This document shows positions 27,031 through 38,852 of a stretch of 64,000 bases of DNA, one piece after another (the first letter of the stretch is position 1; each line of letters begins with the position of its first letter). The stretch is from the human T2T-CHM13v2.0 reference genome, Homo sapiens: the NCBI RefSeq assembly GCF_009914755.1, contig NC_060927.1; one strand, given 5' to 3'. The notes beneath the pieces are model-generated. The model made no database searches. It had not been told where the DNA came from and worked only from the letters and a program-made list of their open reading frames with translations. A program made the position numbers and the translations under genes.

Positions 27031-30000
27031 AAGCATTTCAGCCTCATCTGGGGACCTGCACCCCTAGGTATTCAAAAATGTGTGCAACAATAAGCAGGCT
27101 CTAAAATGAGTGAGGAGTGTAATAAAATATTGCACAGTTAAATGTTTTATCCAGCGAAATCTTTTCTCCACTGGAAACTGAACCAACTCTTAATTTTTGA
27201 TTACAAGCCACTTCTCTACCAAATGTCAAATAACTGGACTGAATAAATTTCAGCAGAAACCAGGGACATAAATCCTGAGGTACCAGTTAACTAATTTTCA
27301 TCTCTTGTAACTAAACTACATCACCGCATAAACTGAATTACATCCTTGAAAGTCCATTGAAAGAGGTTATTAGAATTTCGCTTCTGAACTTTCAAACTGC
27401 AACAACTGTAAAAGTGATACAAAATAACTTGAAAGCATAAAAATAGGCCAATATGTTGAAGAAATGCTACACTACTAAATCTCACCCTGAATATATACAC
27501 ACACAATCTGTATCTATTTACTCTGAAATATCTAATCTTAAAAAAGACTTAAAAAAATAAACAGCAAAAGATACCATTGGCATAAGTTCAAAAGTATGAA
27601 ATAATGTGTGTTAATGTGTTGATCACACTCTATGAAGACATCAAGTTTAAATAGACTTACCACTGAGAACAGCATTTAGGAACGATATATAAATTACTAT
27701 AGTAGACACTTTTTCTTCAGTGTAGTGAAGGAGAACCTTATGTAACAGATTTGATTTATATGTTGTTATTAAGACCATATTCTACCCTGATGTCAGTGGA
27801 ATATGTGACTAGGTATTGATAACTGTGTATAGACAGTTAAGTGTAACCGCTTTTTAGATAATTTAAGTGAAAATAAGCCTTTTCTCAAGTTAATTGTGAG
27901 TTCTGGAATTCAACTTTAACAGTATTTTGATGTTTCAAAGGGGTCTTGAAAAAGAAAGGATTTTTATCATAAAAGAAAAACAACAAATACATTTAGTATT
28001 ACAACAAAGTAGAAATCTCCCTTATTTTAAGGATGGCAGATTAACAAGAAGTCAAATGAAGGAGTTAAGAATATTTTCAGAGAAAAGCTTAGCGAGTCAA
28101 TCAATAAATCAATCAATGAGCCCCACTTTATATTCATATTTTCAGAACTCCATTAAAAACTTAAACATTCCATCTAAGACTTGGAAGAGGAGACACTTTA
28201 TTGAAGTTATTATCTGAGGAATCAAATAGTTTAATCTTTTTGGAACTTTGTAGAAAGTTAATTTAGCAAAACACATTTGAATGTGTTTGAACATATTTAT
28301 CCTGAGGTTGCTTTAAGATGACTATTTTAAGTGGCATGCAGATTCTTTTGGGGTTTTGATGTTATAGTTGAGGTATGCAAAGTAAAAGTGCATAACATTT
28401 CTTTCAACTGGTTCTCACATGACAGAAATGAAAAGATGAAATTACTTGTCTTTAAAGTTTTGCCATAGGGAAATGATAAGAAAAACTCCTCTCGACCCCT
28501 ATCCCCAACCAGGAAGAGTCTGAAGCCCTGGATTATAGCACAGGTAGATATTAAAATGGAGACAGAGCCGTTATTTAGTGGTGACAGGAATATAAATACG
28601 TGCACTAAACTATAAACTGGTATTTACTTCAGGAAGGTAAGTAATATTTTTCCTCTGATTGCTGCACTGTCAGTTTAATGCAGCGTAAATAAACAGTAGG
28701 TGCCTGCTAGCTCGAAGTAGGAAGTGTTCATTCCACACGAGGAACAGATTACTGAAGCCTGATGCTCATCATGCTGAAACATAACTTTCATTTTACCAGA
28801 AAATATACCCTACTGTGGATGATTTTTCGTGCCTGATCTATTAATTAACTTAACTCTGTTCTGTCAAAATGTAAACCAATTTGTAAAAATCATCACAGAG
28901 TTTTGGAGTTTGAAAACCAAATCAATTTGAAAAGCAAGAGTAATGACTGTTCTGTAATCTGATCACAAATGCTAAAAATGAATACTTAATATAATAAGCA
29001 CAAACCACACAAAACTGAAAAAGACGAAAAACATTTTGAAATATCATAGAACTTAATCCAAGTTATCTGATTTACTCGAGATAGTCCTCATTTGTTAATT
29101 AAAAGCACCTGGCACCTTTAATATTTTGCAGCCTTGTGCCACTTTGGTCTTTTCAATATGTATGCTTATTCTGCTCTCTGAAATATCTGAAGGTAAACCA
29201 TTCATAAAAATCAAACCCCATTCCTTAATTCCAATAGAAATATTGCTGAACTCTCCTGAGAGAAGCGGCAAGTTTGAAGATCAAATGATGATATCCTTCC
29301 TAACAGCATTCATGTAAAACGTGTTTTTTCTATTTTATGTATGCCACAAAGCTATGACAGTATATAGCAACTAATTTTCTTTTTATATATGAGTACTGAG
29401 CAAAATATTTCGTGGCAGCATTTAAAATAAGAACCCATCTTATCTAAAAAGTGTAAAAGGCAATCTGGGGAGGTTTCTATTTATAACATGAACAAAATTC
29501 TGATAATCAATATATTGAAAAGGGAAAAGAGATTAAAAACATTTTTGCATTCAACTACATCATGTCTAGAAATAGTCTGAAGATTGCTTTAGTCATATGC
29601 ATTTATTTTAAATACTTCATCAATTCCAAGTGCTAATATATTAATTACAGCCATCCAAGACAATATGTATGGAAGAAACTATGTGTGTAAAGGGCATATC
29701 TATGTATAGCCCTTTTGGAAATTTACAGAACAGATGAAAACCCACTAGAGTGCTTTATAGAGTCCCTGCTGTATATCCATGTTGTGTTTAGCTTAACAGT
29801 GTTTGTAACCAAAATATTTTTACAATAATGAGGAACAGGTGCCTGTCACCTGACCTTTTAGGCCTAATTTACAATCCACAACCTGTCATATGAAAAAGAA
29901 CTAAAAATTCTCCTCCAGATATTTTAGTCTTTACTAAGTTAATGTAGTATTTCTTTACCATCACTCAGCATATCATGTCTTATTTAATCACAGGTTCATA

Positions 30001-32717
30001 TAGCTGGCAACAGATTTCTTTGCAGAAATAAACCAATATTCATTTTGTTGTCGTTCTTAAGATGCTGGGAGACAAAAGAACTACTTTTGTAGATTATCAA
30101 CCAAAGAATATATTAATTTCTTACAAATCTGAACAAAAAACATTCCTTTTGAATACTTTTACATACAAAGAACTATTATTTATTACATATTTCAGCTTGT
30201 GGGAAAGTGAGGAATGCATTGATTCTGGAAATAACTATTCAGACTTTTGGAAGTTATTTAGGTCTTCTTTCTCTATCTTCCCCCCGCCCCCCATCCTGCC
30301 CTCCCACCAAATTTTAAGGAGGTAGTACTTTAGGAGGGAAATCCCTATTCGTTATTTTTTCATATATTATTTATATTCATTATTCAGAAATAAATACAAA
30401 ATTGAATTGTAATTTTATTTCTCTTGTATAATGTTAGATGTAGCATTATCCAAATTTGACAATGCCTTGTATTTTATAGCTACTGTTTAAATATTATGTA
30501 TTACCTATGACTGAACAACTCTACATTTAAAATATTGTTTTCATTAGAAAAAACTATGAAGTAGTAAGTGTCAAATGAAGATGAAGAATAAACATATTTG
30601 GTATATTTATAAAATGCATAGTCATTTAAAACGTGTACAAATAGAATACATAGTTTGCTACTGTTACATTTTATATAGTATACACATTGTCTACAGTGTA
30701 TTTAATAATGTGCTTAACCAAGTTAATTAAAGTATTTATGTCTGATGATTGTGTAATAAACACTTGGAGAGGTAGTGAAAGATACAGCCAGTTACTTCTG
30801 CTAACTAAAGTTGAAATTATGCACTTATTATAACCTTTTCTAACAATGTGAGAAAAACAGAGTAAATATATTAAATTTGTTTCACAACAGATGCTTAGGT
30901 TGTTAATATTTAAGATGCCTATTCATGCTATTCCTGTCTGCACATTTGTCAAAAATGTAAGCTTGAATGCTAATGTTTGCCAGCAGACTGGAGCAGCCAG
31001 TATATGAATGTACTACTGTTCTAAGAAAATAATATGCAATAGAAATAGAGGACTACTGCTAAATCATAGCAGTAGTACCATACAGGAGATGAGAGGTTTT
31101 TAGAGCAAACACCTCAACCTTGGTTTTCTTCAGACTTAAAGTATGGGTTTTTGTTTTTGATTTTTGCAGCTACATTTGACCACAGAATAAATCTCACATT
31201 CCTGACATCTCAGAAAAATCCACTTTGGATAGAGTGTAAATTTCAACTAAGTTTCAACGGGATGAGTTACTCTGTCAGCAGTACAAACACCGTAAATTTC
31301 AGATTGCTTAGGACAAAACCTGACACCGAGCGGTAACATTTTACTCATTCTTACCCTACCCGCCACCCCCTTGAGAAAGTCAGGTCCCCTGGCCTCCAAG
31401 GATGCAAACATGGAAACCCAGTCAGTCAGAGCAGTAAGGTTCTCTCTGGGGAATAGGGCATCCTTCTGTTTTCCCTGTCTCTTTTATAACCATGTGGAGT
31501 CCAAGTCTTAGAACATTTGCTTGTAAGTCCGGAATGCCACTGAGAAAGTTCGCCAAGGAAGGGCGCAGAGGTCAAAGTTGCCAACCAGGACACTTTGAGA
31601 GAGGACCCTGTGGTTGACATTTGTTAGTGAAATTTGCAACACCTCAGTGGAGGCCAAGGCCAAAACTTTCAAGGAGATCCCTATGCCCCTTTCCCCTGTT
31701 GGTCTTCTGAGGTCATCCCAAGAGGAAACTGCGTTTCCCCAGTAAGCACGTGGCACTCCCCGGACCTGCCACCTGCCTGCTTCGTCCTTCTCGTCGTGGT
31801 TTCCCAAACCCCGGTTCTGCCGGCCCGGGAGCCTTAGCACTGGAGCAATAGGAAAAGGCCACCGCGCTCGGGTCTGGACAGCAGGAGGGAAACACGGTGT
31901 GGACTGCGAGGCTGCACCTGTGATGTCCCGGCCCCTGCTAAGAGGACGGCCCTTTCTTCTGCCTCTTGCCCAACTCCAAACCCACATTCACGCCAGCAGC
32001 CTCTCCAGGACCGGCCTCGCTACAGCCAGCGAGGGCTCGAAATGAGGAGTGCCGCGGCTTTCAAACTCCGGGCTCCAACTTGAGCGCCCCGGCGCCCGAG
32101 TAGCTCCCGGGATGCAGAAGTTGCCACAAACTTCCCAGGCCCCTCTTCGCCGATGCTTACAATCAGCCGCGCAGGCAGGGAGCGGAGGGAGGCGGAGATG
32201 GACCGGGAAAGGATGCTGAGCAGACTCGCGATCCGGTGGGGGAACATTACCACTCCCGCAGCCCACTCCTCCAGGCACCTTACTGCCCGCCCGGCTCCAG
32301 AACGCACCGAGAGGCTCCCCTTTTCCCCATTTGCTTCCTTCGGTCTTTTCCACTCCCCTTTCCTTTTCTAAAAGGGGCCATACCGGTGACCTGAAGGAGT
32401 TTGTTCAGCCAGGGTCTATTGGGCAGGTGTGGTGGTGTGTCCACACCCAGACAGAAAACGAATGGCATCTTCAAATCCCCCATCCCGACCGCTCTCCCCT
32501 ACTCTACCAGCCCACCCCTCCAAGGTCCGTCTGCGTGAGAAAAGGGGCTCGGAAGACCGTTGAAGCCCTGCGCCCACGAGAGGGGAGCCCAGCCGCCCCA
32601 ATAGGGGACGAGGAGTGGGTGCTACGGAGAAGTTTGGATTGATTCCGGAAAAAGAGGGACAGAGATAAAACAGCAAGAGTAGCAAGGGGAAAAGGGAGGC
32701 AAAAGAGCAGAACTCAC

Positions 32718-32900
32718 TCAGGCATGGACGTTGGGGGCGGCGGTGGCTGTCGAGTGCGGGCCTGAAACCAAGAACGGCTCCCCGGGCGGGCGCGCCGGCG
32801 TCGGACTTCCGAGGCGGCGGCTTCTGCCTCTCCTGCCGCCGCCGCCGCCGCCGGAGCTGCGGCTGCCGCGGAAGTTAATTGCAACTTGACTTCAAGTTGT
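32718..32900 (-). other. SATB1: Candidate alternative non-coding first exon of SATB1 (distal island, inner)
   Basis: Donor CCTGA|gtgagt at 32718/32717 just downstream of the GC-rich core. TSS approximate. Confidence 0.5.
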
Positions 32901-33349
32901 CCTCTTTCCCCATACGAAGTGGGCGTTTAAAGGGGAGAGCGAGGCGAGGAGCGAGCGAGCGAGCGCGCGGGGCCAAGGGAAGGAAGAGAAGGAGGGGGAG
33001 GGAGGAGATGTTAACGGGCGGGGGGGGGAGAAGGGGGAGGGGGCGGCGGCGGGGGCGGGAGGGGGAAGGGGCCGGCGGGAGCTGCTCTCGTCTCGTCGGT
33101 CGCGGCGCCTGCAGTCTGGAGGCGCACCGGAGCGGCCGGGGCGTCCCCCGCGGGAGCCCGCAGCCACCCGGGACGCGCATCCAGACGTGGCGCTTCGGAC
33201 CGGGCACGCTGCGCCCGGGGGCTCGGCGGACCCCGCGTAGCCGCCGCTTCGGAGCTTGTGCGGCGCGGGCTGGCCAGCGGGGCGGCCAGGGCCCGGCCCG
33301 CCTCCCCAGCGCCCGCCCGGCTTCTCCCCCTGGCGGTGGGAGCCTCGGC

Positions 33350-33553
33350 GGCCGCTGGCGACACTAGGCGCACTGAAGCCCGAGCCGAGCCGAGCCCGAG
33401 CCGCCGCCGCCGCCGCCGCTGCTGCGCACCGCTCCCGGGCTCCCTCCCAGCGCGCCGGCCGGGGTGTGGGGGGCGGCGGGCCGGAGGGGCGAGGGCGGGC
33501 CAGGGGGCGCACACGGGGGTTGGCGCGGAAGACAGGACCCTCAGCCTCGAGGG
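33350..33553 (+). ncRNA. SATB1-AS1: Probable first exon of lncRNA SATB1-AS1 (gene runs rightwards out of the window)
   Basis: Plus-strand consensus donor GAGGG|gtaagt at 33553/33554 in the distal island, second donor CAG|gtgaga at 33766/33767. Identity rests on the known arrangement of the locus. TSS approximate. Confidence 0.65.
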
Positions 33554-33628
33554 GTAAGTGTGGGCGCTTGGGGGTGCGCTTGGGGTGCGCGGCGCGGTTC
33601 TCGTCGCCCGCCAACCCTGCCCCCTCAC

Positions 33629-33710
33629 CTCTCCGGGGGCCCCCAACACGCGCACTCCTCCTCTTGTCGCCTGCGGCTTCCTCTTGTTGCTTGTTGTTTG
33701 GCTGGGTTTT
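33629..33710 (-). other. SATB1: Candidate most distal non-coding first exon of SATB1
   Basis: Donor GGAGAG|gtgagg at 33629/33628 at the far end of the CpG island. TSS approximate. Confidence 0.6.
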
Positions 33711-35847
33711 GGGGGGTGAGTAGAGGGGGTTACTGTAGTGTGTGTGCAGGCGGAGGAGGAAGTCAGGTGAGAGGCCGCGAAGCACCCCCACCCCAACCCA
33801 GCCTGCGTGGGGTGTATGCTTCCCCACTAGGGGCATTTGGGCCATTTTTTTTTTCTCCGTCAATGTTCGGTCGAGACGATGTTTCCTAGAGGGCCTCCTT
33901 CACTTACAGTCTGGTCTGTCCATCTCCCTTCATCCCACCCTCGTCCGTCTTAGCCCCTTGTCCAGGAGCCCTGCACCCCAAGTGAGGAGCACGTGGCGGA
34001 AGGAGGAGGAGGCCCTCTCTTGAAGACCCCCACGCTGTGACCCAGCCCATTAGTTTAAATATTTATCCTCACATCACCAGCTGTACTTTTCAACCCACTG
34101 GAACAAGACGCCTAGGCAAGGTCCAATTTCCCCAAAAAGCTGGGGGCAAAGCGGGAGAGATGAGGGTTTTATTGACATTGGGAGAGAAGGGGCCAAGGAA
34201 CCTTCCCAAGTGGAGACTGAAACTCAAAAAATCTCTACAAAAAGACTAGGGTGACTGGAGGCTCAGGACTGCAGGCTTAGGAGAAACTGGAGCTCCATCA
34301 ACTTTATTTCTCTCCCCCTGCCTCTCCTCCCCCCAGCTCTGAGGAAGCTAACAGGTCTTTTGTTTTGTATTGTGTAGCCTTTGGGAAATTTGCATTGAGT
34401 ATGTCAACAGAAAATTACTACTGTTTACTCAAAGGGATTGCAGAAAGATAAAACATAGTAACATAGTTTTTACTTTTCCTCTTCTTTGTACGCTTGTGTG
34501 TATTTGGCAAGAAGTGTAGTTAGGTTCATGGCATGAACTGCAAAACGTCAGGTTGTAACAATAAGGACTGTAGAGCTGCCTAGGTGTATTTTTAGAAGCC
34601 GCACTTTCTTGAATTCCTTTCACACAAGGCTTGCTCTCTCATTAAGTCCCCATAAATAATTTTATTTAGAGAGGAGGAAACTATGGAAGCAGGAGGGAGA
34701 TTGCTAAGATTTCCATCCTGCCAGCGCACAGCACTGTTTGCAGGGAAGTTCCTGGAAAGTGATTGTGGGCTGAGAATTCAGTTTTTCCTAAAAGCTCTGT
34801 TAGGTCCTGTTGTGTCAGATGGCTATGAATAAAGCACGCTGGGAAAATCCTGATATCCGTGCAGTCTTATTTTATCTTTTACACAGTGGTTGATTCGACT
34901 TTCAAGCCCTGGTGACAAACACATCAACTCTGCTGTATTTTTGTGTGCTTTTTCTAAATAAAGGAGAATACAGCATGTATTCATGCTGCTTTTTTCCCCT
35001 CATCCATGGTTATTGAATTCACTGGAAGTTATTCATCTTTTTTCAGTTGATCATCATTTTATGCCGAGACCACAATTCCAAACATATAGGAATTTTTTAA
35101 AATTATGAATTAGGGTTCTTTTAGGGAACCAACCCTCCTTTTTAAAGATACAAGTGCCCACCACAACTCCTAGTTTTGTAAAGCAAAGCAAAAAGGTATA
35201 AATGATTATAATGAGCAAAACATAGTAAAACGTTTTCCTTCTTGGATCACTTTCTGTCCCCACAGGTCCCAGGAGACATTAAATCCTCCTGCCTTAATTT
35301 ACCAAAATGCTGCATTTCCTAACCAGTAACAATATCTGTGTCTGAGAAAGACATCAGGTTTGGAATGGAAAAAAATACATTCTCGGTATTTAATTACTGC
35401 TTAACAGTAATTTATTGTAGCAGGCAGTTGATTTTCCAATTCTGAAAGCCTGAAATGAAGCTGAACAGAAATTTGAAATTTTTAAAAAAGGTTTTTTTTT
35501 CTTTCTTACACTCTTATATACTCATCTGCTTCCCCAAGTTATCAGCCAAGCCCCTATAACTGAAAGTATGATATGCTCCTCTGAGTTGAACCGAGACCAT
35601 TTTGCCCCTCATTTTTTGAATTTGCTTTTTCCTCCCAATAGTCTTGTATAGAAAGCACATGGGCTCTGTTAGAATACAGAATTATGCAATTCTGGGTGCA
35701 GTGCATTAAATGACATAGTTTGATAAACTCTTAAGCCTTACAGCTCAGATGTTAATAAAATATTGTAGTTGGCCACAAATTTCATAGCACAAGGCTAAGA
35801 TCATTTTTCAGAAGAAAGGGGCATTTAATCTGGATTATTTGGTTAGT

Positions 35848-36220
35848 TGCTATGGTCTGAATGTTAGTGTTCCCCCAATATTGGGGTTCATGTGTTAGAA
35901 CCTAATATCAAAAGTGATGGTATTAAGAAGTAGGGCCTTTGGGAAGTGATTAAGTCATGAAGGCTTCAACCCTCATGAGTGACAGGAGTGCCTTTGTAAG
36001 ACAGGCTGAATCTAGCTACCTTGCCCCTTCCACTGTGTGAGGACACAGCAACAAAAGTGCCATCTGTGAAGCAAGGAGTGAGCCTTCACCAGATACTGAA
36101 TCTGCTGGTGCTGTAATCTTGGACTCCTCAGCTTCCAGAACTGTGAGCAATAAATTTCTGTTGCTTATAAATTACCCAGTCAAAGATAATTTGTTGTAGC
36201 ACCTCAAATGAACTAACACA
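35848..36220 (+). mobile_element. MaLR solo LTR (MLT1A/MST-like)
   Basis: tgctatggtctgaatgtt...tgtgaggacacagcaa...cttccagaactgtgagcaataaatttctgttgcttataaattacccagt...aactaacaca. Confidence 0.88.
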
Positions 36221-37431
36221 ATAATACATTTGTGCTACTAGATTTTTTTAACAAGTCCAAATGTGACTTAAATGACTGAAAGACAAATCTGGAACATATC
36301 AAATGGCCAATAATAGTAGCTGGTATCAAAAGCTGCACTGGTTATTTCCTTAAAAGAATAGACAATAAAATATTGCCTACTAAATATTAGAAGAAAGATC
36401 AAGGGAAAGGATAAAACAGCATTGGCCTTGAAGGAAGTTATTTGCTGGAAAAAAGACATCAAAATGTGAAAAGACAATGGATCAGTTAGTGGTTTGAATC
36501 AAAGAAATACTTGAGGAAGAAAAAATATATATATATATGTACATATTTTTCTCTTAAGACCAGAGGAATCAGAGATCCTAAAGCTCTAGGTTGGAAGGTA
36601 TTTTTAAAGTTAATTTGTTCTGTCAAATCTTTAGAGGCCATTCAATGCAGATATTTTGGGTGTGAAGGGGAACTTACTACTTACCGCCATTAAGGCAAGG
36701 ATTTTTACCTATACCGTACTTACCAGAGAATAGAGTTCACTATATATTGTGCAAGTGAATGGATAATTTCAAAAGTATTTCATCTTTATATACTTTATTA
36801 TGTTTTTACCTTATATATATTTTTTTACCTTATATTGCACAGAATTAGTCTTCCTGAAACTTCCAACCGTTAGTCTTCGTCCTGCCAGTTGCAGCCAAAC
36901 AGAACAAATTTGTTTATCAGTCAAGATAGGCAATGTGCTGGAGTAACAATTCCAATTTTTTAGTGGCCTGTAACAGCAAACGTTTTCTTGGTTATGGTTT
37001 GAATCCATTGCAGTTCAGCTGGTCTGTTCCATGTCTGTCACTCCAGGTCCCTGGCTAATGGAACAGTTGCCATCTTGAATGTTTCATGTTGTTATGGCAA
37101 AAATAAAGATCACTCTGGAGGGTTTCATGCAGACATTTAAATGCTATGGCCCAGAAATGCCATACATCATATGGCCTCACAAAGAATTAACCAGGATTAG
37201 TTGTGTGGCTCCAAAGAATCATGACAAGAAGGTCGGATAGTGCAGCCTATCTTGTACCCAACAGTAGAGAGCTGTGGTACACAATTCTGCAGACTACTGC
37301 TACTGGTAGTAATCCTTGTCCATATGATAACCTGCCAGCTAAACAGTCTCTTCCTGTAGCTTTATGGCCCAAGTCTTCCATTTTTTAGGGCAAACTGCCA
37401 GAGTAGCCACCAGCTTAGAGGGAAACATTGT

Positions 37432-38539
37432 TATCAGGGGAACCCGCCCCCAATATTTCAACATAGATTCTTTATATTTTCCCTAAGTGTCGGCCAGTCT
37501 GAGCAATAAAGAGAAAGAATACAAAGAGAAGAATTTTACAGCTGGGCCGCTGGGGATGACATCACATATCAGTAGATCCGTGATGCCCACCTGAGCTGCA
37601 AAACCTGCAAGTTTTTATTAGGGATTTCAAAAGGGGAAGGTGTGTATGAACAGGGAGTAGGTCACAAAGATCACCTGCTTCAAAGGGCAAAAGGCAGAGC
37701 AAAGATCACATGCTTCTGAGGAAACAGGACCAGAGCAAAATCAGAAACTCCTGATAAGGGTCTATATTCAGCGGTGCACGTATTGTCTTGATAAACATCT
37801 TAACAGAAAACAGGGTTCGAGAGCAGAGAACCGGTCTGACCTCAAATTTACCAGGGCTGGTGTTTCCCAATCCTAGTAAGCCTGAGGGTACTGCAGGAGA
37901 CCAGGGCATATCTCAGTCCTTATCTCAACCACATAGGACAGACACTCCCGGAGTGGCCATTTGTAGACCTCCCCCCAGGAATGCAATTCTTTTCCTAGGG
38001 TCTTAATATTATATTCCTTGCTAGGAAAAGAATTTAGCGATATCTCTCCTACTTGCACATCTGTTTATAGGCTCTCTGCAAGAAGAAAAATATGGCTCTT
38101 TTTTCCCAACCCCACAGGCAGTCAGACCTTACAGTTGTCTTCCCTTGTTCCCTGAAAATTGCTGTTACTCCGTTCTTTTTCAAGGTGCAGTGATTTCACA
38201 TTGTTCAAGCACACATGTTTTACAATCAATTTGTACAGTTTAACACAATAGTGGTCCTGAGGTGATGTACATTCTCAGCTTACGAAGATAACAGGATTAA
38301 GAGATTAAAGACAGGCATAAGAAGTTATAAAAGTATTAATTTTGGGAACTGATAAATGTCCATGAAATCTTCACAATTTATGTTCAGAGATTGCAGTAAA
38401 GACAGGTGTAAGAAATTATAAAACTATTAATTTTGGGAACTGATATGTGTCCATATTAAAGTGAAATCTTCACAATTTATGTTCCTCTGCTGTGACTCCA
38501 GCCAGTCCCTCTGTTTGGGGTCCCTGACTTCCTGCAACA
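37432..38539 (-). mobile_element. MER11 solo LTR (ERVK/HERVK11 family), full length, 1108 bp
   Basis: Minus strand begins TGTTGCAGGAAGTCAGGGACCCCAAAC and ends GGGGGCGGGTTCCCCTGATA. Perfect 6-bp TSD CATTGT (37426-37431 / 38540-38545). Internal ~90-bp repeat at ~38306-38485. Confidence 0.93.
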
Positions 38540-38852
38540 CATTGTGTGACTTCTTTTACTCTCTACTGTCTCTTTGAATGCAACACTACAACCTCCTGTA
38601 CCCTTAGAACCCCTAACAAAGTGTGGCCTCTTATCAATTTTATGTCACTCTTTTATATTTACTAATATTATATACATTGTATTTTCTCAGGACTTATTTT
38701 CCTGGCAAGGGTATAATAAACAGGCATTTTTAACAACTGTTTTCTGAAAATGTCATGGTCATTATCAAAATTTGAAATTTGGTCTGAGTAGCTACTTCCC
38801 TTGTTGTGAACATCAAATGTGTTATATGATTTTGTAACACAAATTTTAAAAA

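Larger units (their letters stand above)
31700..33900. promoter_or_regulatory. CpG island, distal SATB1 / SATB1-AS1 shared promoter region
   Basis: Dense CpG and GC, G-runs, (GCC)6 tracts, consensus splice donors on both strands. Confidence 0.9.

Noticed and set aside
32875-33889. Long ORFs (up to 323 aa) on both strands in the distal CpG island
   Set aside because: Low-complexity Pro/Arg/Gly/Ala translations in several overlapping frames, as expected from stop-codon scarcity in GC-rich DNA. No recognisable domain.
38306-38485. ~90-bp tandem repeat
   Set aside because: Lies inside the MER11 LTR and, as I recall, belongs to the family's structure. Not locus-specific and not CRISPR-like.
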